From an uncultured Nitrospinota bacterium (GTDB taxonomy: Bacteria > Nitrospinota > Nitrospinia > Nitrospinales > JAJDAT01), in assembly GCA_964570665.1 (NCBI GenBank), contig CAZMZH010000007.1, forward strand, positions 29,319 through 61,318: DNA of 32,000 nt, in the 5' to 3' direction. Below, piece after piece: positions 19,092 through 26,806 of this stretch; within the stretch, counting starts at the first letter, position 1; the number at the start of each line of letters is the position of its first letter. The notes under the pieces were generated by a model. It searched no databases. It worked only from the letters and a program-made list of their open reading frames with translations, and was not told the DNA's origin. The translations under genes were made by a program, and so were the position numbers.

Positions 19092-20057
19092 TCAAAGAGA
19101 CACTCCTTGATTTTCGGCCGCATATGCTTGAAGGAAAAAAATCACCGTTTCATGTCCCTTTTTTAGAGCGTAATCTAAAGCGGTAAATCCCGCCTTTGTT
19201 TTGATATTTAAATTAGCCTCGTTAGTTATCAACCGCTTGACCGTTTTATCATGTCCATTAATAGCCGCAATATGCAATGGAGTGAAACCTTTATTTGTCT
19301 TTACGTTTACGTCAGAACCGTGTTCGACAAACCATTCGATCAAATCATAGTGTCCTCTTTCAGCGGCCATGTATATAGGAGTGTAACCGCCCTTGGCTTT
19401 CTGGTTTAGTCGAGCGCCCTTCCTCGCCAAAAGTTCAATGATTTCTTTATAACCATCTAAAGCGGCTAAATGCATTGGGGTGTAATTTCCATTGTTTTTT
19501 GAATTAACATCGGCTCCTTCTTCAATCAACTTTTCCGCTAACTTTATATGCCCTCCCTTAACTGCGTAATGCAAGGGCGTACCTATCTTATCGCTCACTG
19601 CATTTAACTCGCTACCTCTTTCAATTAGCACTTCAACAACTGAATTTTGCCCCAAACTTGCCGCCATGTGTAAAGGCGTAATCCCTTCAAGAGTTTTTGC
19701 GTTTAGATTGCAACCTTTATTAATCAGCAGCATTGCAATAGATTCTTGATCGTTATTTATTGCAATATGAAGAGGTGAAAATCCGCTTTTACTTTGCGTA
19801 TTAATGTCTGCGCCGTTTTCAATGAGTTTTTCGGCGACGCCTAAATGTCCGTTAAATGCCGCAAAATGCAAAGGAGTGAACCCCTCTTTGTTTACTTCGC
19901 TAATTTTCTCCCCTTGTGCGATCAATTGCCGAACTGGGTAAAAATCTCCAATTGTCGCCGCATCATGAAGAGGGCTAGCCCACGCAGATTTAACCATTGA
20001 GACAAAAATGCACGCAACCAGCGGGAAATAGATCCAAAATTTAAAAAACCTTGTCAT
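19092..20057 (-). CDS. secreted ankyrin-repeat protein
   Basis: Signal peptide (..SMVKSAWA/SP), then about 8-9 ANK units such as GFTPLHFAAFNGHLGVAEKLIENGADIN. Confidence 0.9.
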   Translation of the reverse strand: MTRFFKFWIYFPLVACIFVSMVKSAWASPLHDAATIGDFYPVRQLIAQGEKISEVNKEGFTPLHFAAFNGHLGVAEKLIENGADINTQSKSGFSPLHIAINNDQESIAMLLINKGCNLNAKTLEGITPLHMAASLGQNSVVEVLIERGSELNAVSDKIGTPLHYAVKGGHIKLAEKLIEEGADVNSKNNGNYTPMHLAALDGYKEIIELLARKGARLNQKAKGGYTPIYMAAERGHYDLIEWFVEHGSDVNVKTNKGFTPLHIAAINGHDKTVKRLITNEANLNIKTKAGFTALDYALKKGHETVIFFLQAYAAENQGVSL

Positions 20058-20213
20058 TACGGTTTCCTAAAAAATATCTGAATAGTTGTAAAAAAAATCA
20101 CTTTCACACGGGATCAATTCTACAATAATTTTAGACCGTATGGGATTGCTTTAATGATAGAAAGAGGAAGGAAATACTAATTTATATTAATAGCGCTAAT
20201 TCAAAAATTATTC

Positions 20214-20759
20214 TTACTTGTAAACGTTAAACGTTTTAGAAAATAACAATCTATTATCCTGAAATATAGTAATAGTATAAAGTCCAGGTTTATCTTTTGT
20301 TTCATGCTGAATAAAGAATTGTCCCGCTTTGAGTTTAACTGGAAAATCCCAAGGAAAAGTTTGTTTCTTCTCGATTGTGGCGTATTCCATTTTTAAAGGG
20401 ACAAAATCATTAGGGCCGCCATTCAAAGCGACCCAATACACTCCAAATTTTTTTCCAAAAGGTATTTCTACTTTTGGAATTACCCTAAATTCCCCACCCT
20501 TGTTAAGAATTAATGTATCGTCTTCATTTAATTTTTGTTCTTCTAAAGTCTTGGAGTTTTTAATGGTTTCGACCAAACCATAAGAAAAATGTAATTTAAT
20601 AATTTTCCCATTTGAAGTTCTAACCTCGCTAATGGATTCTGATTGAGTATAAGTTAAAGAACGCGAGGTTTTAGCTTTAATAATTGATTGAGAAAAAGCA
20701 AAAGGCAAAAGGATTAAAAAAGATAAAACCTGTATAAATACTATTAAATAGATCTTCAT
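20214..20759 (-). CDS. secreted hypothetical protein
   Basis: 181 aa with an N-terminal signal-like segment (LLPFAFSQS). No motif recognised. Confidence 0.5.
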   Translation of the reverse strand: MKIYLIVFIQVLSFLILLPFAFSQSIIKAKTSRSLTYTQSESISEVRTSNGKIIKLHFSYGLVETIKNSKTLEEQKLNEDDTLILNKGGEFRVIPKVEIPFGKKFGVYWVALNGGPNDFVPLKMEYATIEKKQTFPWDFPVKLKAGQFFIQHETKDKPGLYTITIFQDNRLLFSKTFNVYK

Positions 20760-20955
20760 ATATTTTAAATTTTTAAAGCAATAGATAAGGTTTAAAAAAT
20801 TATATCTTCACTAATTTATATCAGTACTTAATTATTAAATCCGACAATTCCGCCTGCTATAACCTATACACCCACGTTAATTAAGCAACCCAAATCCAAA
20901 CCAAAAACAGTTCCAATAATAATGGATGTAGAAGACATGGCTAATCCAAAACACT

Positions 20956-21312
20956 TTAAGACAATGCCCATTTTTCTTTGGCTAATTTAATGGCTTTTTC
21001 ATCATTATCGGAAAATTTCCATCCGTTTCTTATTAAACTCCTTCCGCTAATTTTATTTCCTTTAATGGATAAAAAAATATTCATAGAAATTTGGACTCCA
21101 TAACCGTAAAATTCTCCAAAATTAAGTTCAATTTCAGGAAACGAGGCGATAGCAAAAACCAAAAGAAAAAATCCAGCCTCAACAAATTGTCTTCTTACTA
21201 AAAAAACTAAAACCCCAAATATTAAAAATCTAATACTAAAACCAACGGTTAATTTTTTTTCTTTATTCTGAGTAGCGTTTTTTAGTTTAACAAAGGGATT
21301 ATTATCCTCCAT
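20956..21312 (-). CDS. small membrane protein, hypothetical
   Basis: 118 aa with two central hydrophobic helices. No motif recognised with confidence. Confidence 0.45.
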   Translation of the reverse strand: MEDNNPFVKLKNATQNKEKKLTVGFSIRFLIFGVLVFLVRRQFVEAGFFLLVFAIASFPEIELNFGEFYGYGVQISMNIFLSIKGNKISGRSLIRNGWKFSDNDEKAIKLAKEKWALS

Positions 21313-21370
21313 TGTTAGGAGTTTGCTGCCAAATTTGTAAATAATTAATACTTCTTTCTCTCATGGAAAA

Positions 21371-21700
21371 CTAAACTTGAAGATTTGCTTTAGGCGTCTT
21401 TGATTTTTGGGAAGAGTTAAATAACTTAATATCTTTGAGATCTCCACCCTTTTCTTCGGCAACTTCTAAGTCGTATTTCTGTTGTAGATTCAACCAGATT
21501 TCTGGACCTGTTCCAAAAAACTTTCCTAATCGTCTAGCGGTATCTGCAGTAATATCTCTTTGCCCATTCAAGATTTGATAAATTCGGTTACTAGGCACAT
21601 TTAGAGCTTTAGCAAATTGATTGCCATTCATTTCAATTTCTTCCAGCTCTTCTGCCAATATTTCTCCGGGATGTATAGGAACTCTCCAATCATTCGCCAT
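21371..21700 (-). CDS. higA: HigA-family antitoxin (XRE HTH), pair 1
   Basis: IHPGEILAEELEE...NRIYQILNGQRDITADTARRLGKFFGTGPEIWLNLQQKYDL matches the HigA/VapI pattern. Lies 11 nt downstream of higB. Confidence 0.9.
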   Translation of the reverse strand: MANDWRVPIHPGEILAEELEEIEMNGNQFAKALNVPSNRIYQILNGQRDITADTARRLGKFFGTGPEIWLNLQQKYDLEVAEEKGGDLKDIKLFNSSQKSKTPKANLQV

Positions 21701-21711
21701 GTTTTTATCCT

Positions 21712-21990
21712 TTAATGATAGTCGACAATTTCCACATCAAGAGCATAGCCATCTTCCCATTTAAAACAAATACGCCACTGATCGTTTATCCTGATACTAT
21801 ACTGGTCTTTTCGATCTCCTTTTAACGCTTCAAATCGATTTCCTGGTATAGCGACCAAAGCCCCCAAAGTTGGGGCGGTCTCCAAAACACGAAGTCGCGT
21901 TAGCGCTTTTCGTGCAATGGGTTTAAATTTTTTTACAAATTCACGGCCATAAAGCTTTTCCGTGTTTTTACATTTAAAACTCTTAATCAT
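21712..21990 (-). CDS. higB: HigB-type (RelE/ParE superfamily) toxin, pair 1
   Basis: 92 aa, MIKSFKCK...RFEALKGDRKDQYSIRINDQWRICFKWEDG...VEIVDYH. Toxin-first gene order is typical of higBA. Confidence 0.9.
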   Translation of the reverse strand: MIKSFKCKNTEKLYGREFVKKFKPIARKALTRLRVLETAPTLGALVAIPGNRFEALKGDRKDQYSIRINDQWRICFKWEDGYALDVEIVDYH

Positions 21991-22006
21991 TCAGCTTTGG
22001 AAACAG

Positions 22007-22027
22007 GATTAACGTACTACGTCAATC
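22007..22027. promoter_or_regulatory. 10-1-10 palindrome, candidate HigA operator upstream of higB-1
   Basis: gattaacgta c tacgtcaatc has one mismatch between arms. It lies 17-37 nt upstream of the higB-1 ATG (21990). Confidence 0.45.
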
Positions 22028-22091
22028 GTAGCAAAAAATAGTTTATCAATCAATTTTCAATTGCTATTTATTCAAGTAAAACAACTGCAAC

Positions 22092-22385
22092 GGGCTCTGT
22101 AGCAGTATAACCCGCTTTCGTCCAACTCGCCTCCGGTCTAATGCAATCGATTGCCGTTTTCATTGCCGGTTTCGGTAATCAATTCGCCAAAAGGACCTAC
22201 TGCATCGTCGCTTGCGCGCTGCCTAACGATTCCACCAGGGACGTGACCGATCGTAAATGGTCGTGATGATAGGTCGCGGCGGTTTCGTTCCCGCTAGAAT
22301 TATAATGCAACCCATGCACCACCTCGTCCACCACCACGCCGCGAAAGTATTGATCCTCCAATTGAAATGTCTGGTAGTAAACGAA
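22092..22385 (-). pseudogene. Rhs core remnant (about 290 bp, frameshifted)
   Basis: Aligns by eye with 23350-23650 and 30400-30700 (..QTFQLEDQYFRGVVVDEVVHGLHY..HDHLRSVTSLVESLGSAQATMQ..). A 1-nt deletion turns TACGGT into TAGGT, giving a stop. It ends at the YYYRA-coding stub. Confidence 0.85.
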
Positions 22386-22426
22386 GTAAAAAATAATATC
22401 TCCATTTAAAAATCAAAATGCACAAA

Positions 22427-22455
22427 TTGACAAACGTCATTTGACATTTTACAAT
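22427..22455 (+). promoter_or_regulatory. sigma70-type promoter of higBA-2, probably giving a leaderless mRNA
   Basis: TTGACA (22427-22432), 17 nt, TACAAT (22450-22455). The higB-2 ATG at 22462 is only 6 nt after the -10 box, with no Shine-Dalgarno. Confidence 0.55.
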
Positions 22456-22461
22456 TAGAAA

Positions 22462-22740
22462 ATGATTAAAAGTTTCAAGCATCGTGGATTGAAAAAGTTT
22501 TTTGAGGATGGTGATTCTCGAAAAATACCACACGATATGTTAGATCGAATACGTTTAATTCTCGCTCGTCTAAATACTGCCCGAAACCTTGAAGCTATGA
22601 ATATTCATTCCTATCATTTGCATGAACTCAAAGGGAATCGCAAAGGAACTTGGAGCGTTACTGCTCGGGCTAATTGGCGGATTACTTTCCGATTTGAAAA
22701 TGGGGACGCTTTTGATTTAAATTTTGAAGATTATCATTAG
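22462..22740 (+). CDS. higB: HigB-type toxin, pair 2
   Basis: 92 aa, MIKSFKHRGLKKFFEDG...HLHELKGNRKGTWSVTARANWRITFRFENGDAFDLNFEDYH. Distinct sequence from pair 1. Confidence 0.9.
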   Translation: MIKSFKHRGLKKFFEDGDSRKIPHDMLDRIRLILARLNTARNLEAMNIHSYHLHELKGNRKGTWSVTARANWRITFRFENGDAFDLNFEDYH

Positions 22741-22752
22741 AAGGAAAAAAAC

Positions 22753-23073
22753 ATGGCCATTAAAAAATATCAAATGAAAAATCCACCTCACCCTGGATTA
22801 GGCGTGAAAGTTGATTGTTTAGAACCTTATGGATTGAGTATTACTAAAGGCGCAAAAATATTAGGTGTTACGAGACAAACCTTAAGCCTTCTGGTCAATC
22901 AAAAAACATCCTTATCGTGGGACATGGCAATCCGGCTTTCGAAGGCCTTTGGATCAACCCCAGAAGGATGGATGGAATTACAATTTCAATATGATTCCGC
23001 ACAAGCCGTTAAACGCGCAAAAAAAATAAAGGTGACCCCCTATCAGGGATCACTAGAACCCGCTTATCAATAA
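22753..23073 (+). CDS. higA: HigA-family antitoxin (HTH), pair 2
   Basis: PHPGLGVKVDCLEPYGLSITKGAKILGVTRQTLSLLVNQKTSLSWDMAIRLSKAFGSTPEGWMELQFQYD. Confidence 0.85.
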   Translation: MAIKKYQMKNPPHPGLGVKVDCLEPYGLSITKGAKILGVTRQTLSLLVNQKTSLSWDMAIRLSKAFGSTPEGWMELQFQYDSAQAVKRAKKIKVTPYQGSLEPAYQ

Positions 23074-23074
23074 T

Positions 23075-23210
23075 GGATCTTCCGTTAAGAACCTTCCGAC
23101 CTCCGGATCGTAATAGTGTGCTCGGTAGTAATATACTGAGGCCCATTCAAGTCCAAAGCTTAAAAAACTGTCCGCCTGAGGCTCTCGAAGGCCGAGCGGC
23201 GGAATACGTT
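23075..23210 (-). repeat. rhs-locus leader repeat copy R1 (truncated) with a 63-bp rhs core stub
   Basis: 23075-23137 encodes YYYRAHYYDPEVGRFLTEDP on the minus strand. 23138-23210 matches 25398-25466 of copy R2, including the hairpin ctgtc.gcctgaggctctcgaaggccgagcg. Confidence 0.8.
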
Positions 23211-24207
23211 ATTCCAAAATGATGAATTAGCGAAAGGAGCCCGCTAGGATCACTAGCATTTATTGGATTATTTTCTACATAAGCATAGAAATTAATTCCA
23301 GCACGGAAACCCATGGAATCTTCCGTTAAGAACCTTCCGACTTCCGGATCGTAATAGCGGGCTCGGTAGTAGTATAACCCGGAATCGTCCAACTCGCGTC
23401 CGGTGTAATGCAATCGGTTGCCGTTGTCGCTGCCGGTTTCCGTTATCAATTCGCCAAAAGGACCGTACTGCATCGTCGCCTGTGCGCTGCCTAACGTTTC
23501 CACCAGGGACGTGACCGACCGTAAATGGTCATGGTGATAAGTTGTCCCGCTTTCGTTCCCGCTAGAATCGTAATGCAACCCATGCACCACCTCGTCTACC
23601 ACCACGCCGCGAAAATATTGATCCTGCAATTGAAATGTCTCGTCATAAATCGCTTCTAAATGCTCCCCTTCTAAATAATAGTTCCGCGTATTAAACCCTC
23701 CATCATTATTCTTGATGCGGTAATCGCTCGGATCGTATTTAAAATAAAACGATTTACCCGGAGTCGACATTCCCGTCACTCGGTTTTTTTGATCGTAAAC
23801 AAAACTCTGTAGAGTCGTGTCGTCGACATTTCGCTTGGTTAATCGATTGCCGTTAGAATCGTACTCGTATTTGGCGACCAAAGGACCCATAACGCTGCCC
23901 TGGCGCACTTCCATTAACTGATTATTGACGTTATAAACGTAAACATGAACGACGCCGTCTTTCGTATGAGTCAATCGATTTCCCACCTTATCGTACGTAT
24001 AAGCATGATCGTTTGCGGTATTTGGCGCTTCCACTCCGATCAAACGATTGAGACTATCGTAGGTATAAAATGTGGTTCCTTCCCCTCCCTGGGGTCCAAC
24101 AGAAACGGTTGTGATATTTCCCACTTTGTCGTAAGTGTACAACGTACGGCTTATTTCCGTTCCTCCTAAACCTTCGTTGACCAAAGACGTCAACCGATTA
24201 TCGGCGT

Positions 24208-24243
24208 CGCACCTCTTGAGCTTGCCCTGAGCTAGCCGAAGGG
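24208..24243. repeat. GC-rich hairpin mini-element inserted in the rhs body
   Basis: cctcttgagcttgccctgagctagccgaaggg is translated as PSASSGQAQE in the upstream ORF. The flanking Rhs-like sequence (..RILSND / DADNRLTSL..) continues in a different frame. Confidence 0.65.
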
Positions 24244-24681
24244 TCGTTTGACAAGATACGATTCACCAATCGTCCCGCTTCGTCGTAGAAATAAGAAACC
24301 TGAACGTGATCCGAATTACTCTGCGCGATCAACCGATTGGCGGAGTTGTATTGATAATTCGTCGTCTTTCCCTGATAATCGGTTTTGGTAGCGACGTTGC
24401 CAACTTTATCGTAAGTCCAACTGAGAGTTTTGTTGGTTGTGGCGCCATTGTGATCGAGCCGTTCGTCGTTTTTACTAATCAAACGATTCTGCTGGTCGTA
24501 GGTGAACGAATAGATGATGCCGCCATTAGCAACCTGTTGCAAATTGCCAAAACTATCGTAAGTGCGCAGTTCCTGTTTGCCGTCATTATAAAAATCGGTA
24601 AATATCAACCGATTCAAGGTGTCGTACGCAAAGAAAAAGTTGTGACTGTAACTATAATAACAGTTATCTAGTCTGAAATAC

Positions 24682-24709
24682 TTGACCCCAAAGCTGTGTT
24701 TGGTAAAAT
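24682..24709 (+). promoter_or_regulatory. candidate sigma70 promoter flanked by CTAGTCT/AGACTAG inverted repeats
   Basis: TTGACC (24682-24687), 16 nt, TAAAAT (24704-24709). ctagtct at 24668-24674 and tagtct-t-agactag at 24715-24728 bracket it. Confidence 0.3.
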
Positions 24710-24715
24710 AAATAT

Positions 24716-24851
24716 AGTCTTAGACTAGTGTCCTGCGGTAGGTGGGTTAAAGGTCGTAGCTTTGGCAACGCCCCGCCCAAAGTAGGGAACTGGGGGTCGG
24801 TTTTCTCTTTACTGCTTCGGCAGTCGCTTGAAAGCTATCCCCCATTTTTTT
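24716..24851 (+). ncRNA. candidate roughly 135-nt structured small RNA, convergent with the 124-aa ORF
   Basis: Lies between the candidate promoter and a terminator-like structure. Contains a perfect ACTGC-TTCG-GCAGT hairpin (24811-24824). No convincing ORF. Purely structural inference. Confidence 0.2.
24791..24851 (+). terminator. terminator-like structure (TGGGGG...CCCCCA stem enclosing a UUCG hairpin, then T7)
   Basis: tggggg (24791-24796) pairs with ccccca (24839-24844), followed by ttttttt (24845-24851). The T-run overlaps the stop codon of the convergent ORF 24850..25224. Confidence 0.35.
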
Positions 24852-25224
24852 AGAACGTCGAAATCAAAAACAATTTTTTATCCTTCCCCTCTTTTTGCTC
24901 GCGTATGTGGATGGTAACGACTATTCCTTTTGACGTGATCCCTTTAAACTCGTTGGAAATACCCATCTGATCCCGTTTTTGATCAGTTAAATCCTTTTTT
25001 CTAACTTTCGCAATTAACTCTAATCCAACAAAGAAGCGACGTTTCCTTCGAGTTCGGTCATTACGGTCATTTGTGATTGCAAGATATCTATCTAAAAAGA
25101 CAGTTCTCTTTTTTCCTAACCCGTTAAAATTAATCCGACCTTCGATTTGTTCAATTTTTTGGTTTATCAGATCGTCCAGCGATTTTCCTTTTTGCGTTGC
25201 AATTTCCGTTTTCAACTTAAGCAT
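24850..25224 (-). CDS. basic 124-aa hypothetical protein in a cassette slot of the rhs array
   Basis: Open frame directly downstream of leader copy R2. Lys/Arg-rich (..NDRNDRTRRKRRFFVGLE..; ..VVTIHIREQKEGKDKKLFLISTF). No family recognised. Confidence 0.5.
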   Translation of the reverse strand: MLKLKTEIATQKGKSLDDLINQKIEQIEGRINFNGLGKKRTVFLDRYLAITNDRNDRTRRKRRFFVGLELIAKVRKKDLTDQKRDQMGISNEFKGITSKGIVVTIHIREQKEGKDKKLFLISTF

Positions 25225-25364
25225 GGAGCGAATTGTACAGCGAAATTAACGCAAACAAAAGCATCCTTTCTCTCTTTTGATTATGACAACAAGCAAGAAT
25301 TAAATTAGTAAACCCAGGCTCACCATGAGAGCGCTGATAGAAGAGAAATAATATGACTGATTTC

Positions 25365-25590
25365 GGAATCGTAATAGCGGGCTCGGTAGTAATATACAGA
25401 GGCTCATTCAACTCCAGAGCTTAAAAAACTGTCAGCCTGAGGCTCTCGAAGGCCGAGCGCCATACGTTAAAATAAAACGACTCCAAAACTTCCAATCAGT
25501 TACAAACCAATTTTCCCAATAAAATTAATTAGCTGTCATCCTTGAGTGAAGCGAAGGATCTACCCCAATGCGGTTTTAGAATTAATTTTC
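25365..25590 (-). repeat. rhs-locus leader repeat copy R2
   Basis: Core stub 25365-25397 (YYYRARYYD-coding). Hairpin elements at 25431-25459 and 25535-25560. Conserved blocks ccaatcagttacaaaccaattttcccaataaaa and ccccaatgcggttttagaattaattttc are shared with R3-R5. Confidence 0.85.
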
Positions 25591-25717
25591 TTATTAATCC
25601 AAAAGTAGTTTTAGCTTAATTTTAAAATGAAATGAAGATGAAAGTTTGTACCTATACATCCTATTTCCTTAATGTTTCCTTCTTGCTGACCTGATAAAGG
25701 AAGAGTATAATTTCCTC

Positions 25718-25987
25718 ATGGCTACTATTACAATCAAATTGGACATTGACAAAAAAGAACAAGGTTGTCTTTTCGAAGTCGACGAAAATGCAGAGCGACA
25801 AATAGAAAAAGAACGTCAACGTTCTGGCAAGGATCGCGATGCAATTATTCTTGACATAGCCCAACGAACACTCTCTCTAATGGAATTCAATGCTATTCGG
25901 GAAGAGTTAGCTCCCTATGCTGAAAAAGCAAATTTGAGCGAAGAAGAAATACTCGCTCTGCCAAGAATGTCTTCAAAAAATAGCTAA
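25718..25987 (+). CDS. putative antitoxin partner of a PIN toxin (VapB-like, possibly RHH)
   Basis: 89 aa. N-terminus MATITIKLDIDKKE resembles an RHH beta-strand start. Lies 12 nt upstream of a PIN gene. Confidence 0.55.
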   Translation: MATITIKLDIDKKEQGCLFEVDENAERQIEKERQRSGKDRDAIILDIAQRTLSLMEFNAIREELAPYAEKANLSEEEILALPRMSSKNS

Positions 25988-25999
25988 CCGATAAAGTAC

Positions 26000-26410
26000 G
26001 TGAGAGTTTTTTTTGACACGAACGTATTGGTGAGCGCTTTTACTAGCGGGGGAATATGCCTTAATCTAGTAAAAAGAACAATTGAAGACACGCAACACAA
26101 CCTGCTCGTAGGCACAGTTATTATTGACGAGCTAAGTCGGATTTTGACTCACCGGTTTAACTACCCTCCCCAAAAATTAGATCGCGTAATAGCCTTCCTA
26201 ATTAAATATAGGGCAATACTTATGCCCAAAACAAAGCCTCCCGTTTCTGTCCGCGATCCCGATGACGAACTGGTGCTCGCCTCTGCGCTGGAAACAGGAG
26301 CAGACATTCTAGTTACAGGAGACAAAGATCTACTAATACTGGGCGACACAGCGGGAATTAAAATAGTAGACCCACGCATGCTTTGGGAGATGTTGACAAA
26401 GGAAGATTAG
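26000..26410 (+). CDS. vapC: PIN-domain toxin (VapC-like, TIGR00305-type)
   Basis: GTG start. MRVFFDTNVLVSAF..., ...DPDDELVLASALETGADILVTGDKDLL gives the acidic PIN residues in the expected order. Confidence 0.85.
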   Translation: MRVFFDTNVLVSAFTSGGICLNLVKRTIEDTQHNLLVGTVIIDELSRILTHRFNYPPQKLDRVIAFLIKYRAILMPKTKPPVSVRDPDDELVLASALETGADILVTGDKDLLILGDTAGIKIVDPRMLWEMLTKED

Positions 26411-26437
26411 CGCATCCGGATTCCTAATCGTCAAATC

Positions 26438-26682
26438 AGGCTCTGTAGTAGTATACGGAAGCTCATTCCATAAGGCAGCCCCGCTTCCGGGCTCTAAAAA
26501 AATGTCACTCTGAGCCTGTCGAAGGCCGAGCGTCGGACGTTAAAATTAAATTACCTCTCTCCCGCCCCAGCCTGTCCTGAGCGAAGCCGAAGGATCTAGA
26601 CCAATTTTTCCAATAAAATTCATTAGCTGTCATCCTTGAGTGAAGCGAAGGATCTACCTTAATGCGGGTTTTGGCTTAATTC
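26438..26682 (-). repeat. rhs-locus leader repeat copy R3 (longest, three hairpin elements)
   Basis: Degenerate core stub aggctctgtagtagtatacgg. Hairpin elements at 26504-26532, 26573-26597 and 26629-26655. Shared blocks as in R2. Confidence 0.8.
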
Positions 26683-26806
26683 TTATTGATTTCAATCGTA
26701 CTATATACGCTATAACATTCAGTACAAAATCCTAACTTGATTGTTTATTTACGAATATTCCCGTAAAATAATTCTATTAAGCTTTTTTGTTACCGGAGAT
26801 TAGGGA

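Larger units (their letters stand above)
23147..24719 (-). pseudogene. N-terminally truncated, interrupted and toxin-less Rhs/YD-repeat protein body
   Basis: Two ORFs (24198..24617 plus an upstream open frame to 24719, and 23147..24193) carry YD repeats (YTYDKVGN, YEYDSNGNRL, FVYDQKNRV). The core end is YYRARYYDPEVGRFLTED...NNPINASDPSGL. They are split by a hairpin element at about 24208-24243. Only about 520 aa of a normally much longer protein is present. After DPSGL, 29 aa read into the leader repeat. Confidence 0.85.

Noticed and set aside
20870-20945. Small minus-strand ORF MSSTSIIIGTVFGLDLGCLINVGV followed, after a TAG, by VIAGGIVGFNN. It could be a glycine-zipper membrane peptide or type I toxin.
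   Set aside because: It is interrupted by a stop and is too short, with no ribosome-binding site or partner RNA visible. There is not enough evidence to annotate it.
21313-21370. TGGCAG-caaac-TCCT upstream of the 20956..21312 gene looked like a sigma54 -24/-12 promoter.
   Set aside because: The -12 element (TTGC) is absent, so only the GG dinucleotide matches.
22223-22533. ORFs 22223..22405 and 22300..22533 on the minus strand.
   Set aside because: They are out-of-frame readings of the Rhs core remnant and of the higB-2 promoter and 5' end.
25217-25411. 64-aa ORF starting MNEPLYITTEPAITIP.
   Set aside because: It is the rhs core stub of leader R2 read in the wrong frame. In the Rhs frame the stub terminates after about 25 codons. 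There is no independent support.
25661-25864. 67-aa minus-strand ORF.
   Set aside because: It is antisense to the vapB-like gene 25718..25987 and has hydrophobic low-complexity content. The plus-strand gene is supported by tight linkage to the PIN gene.
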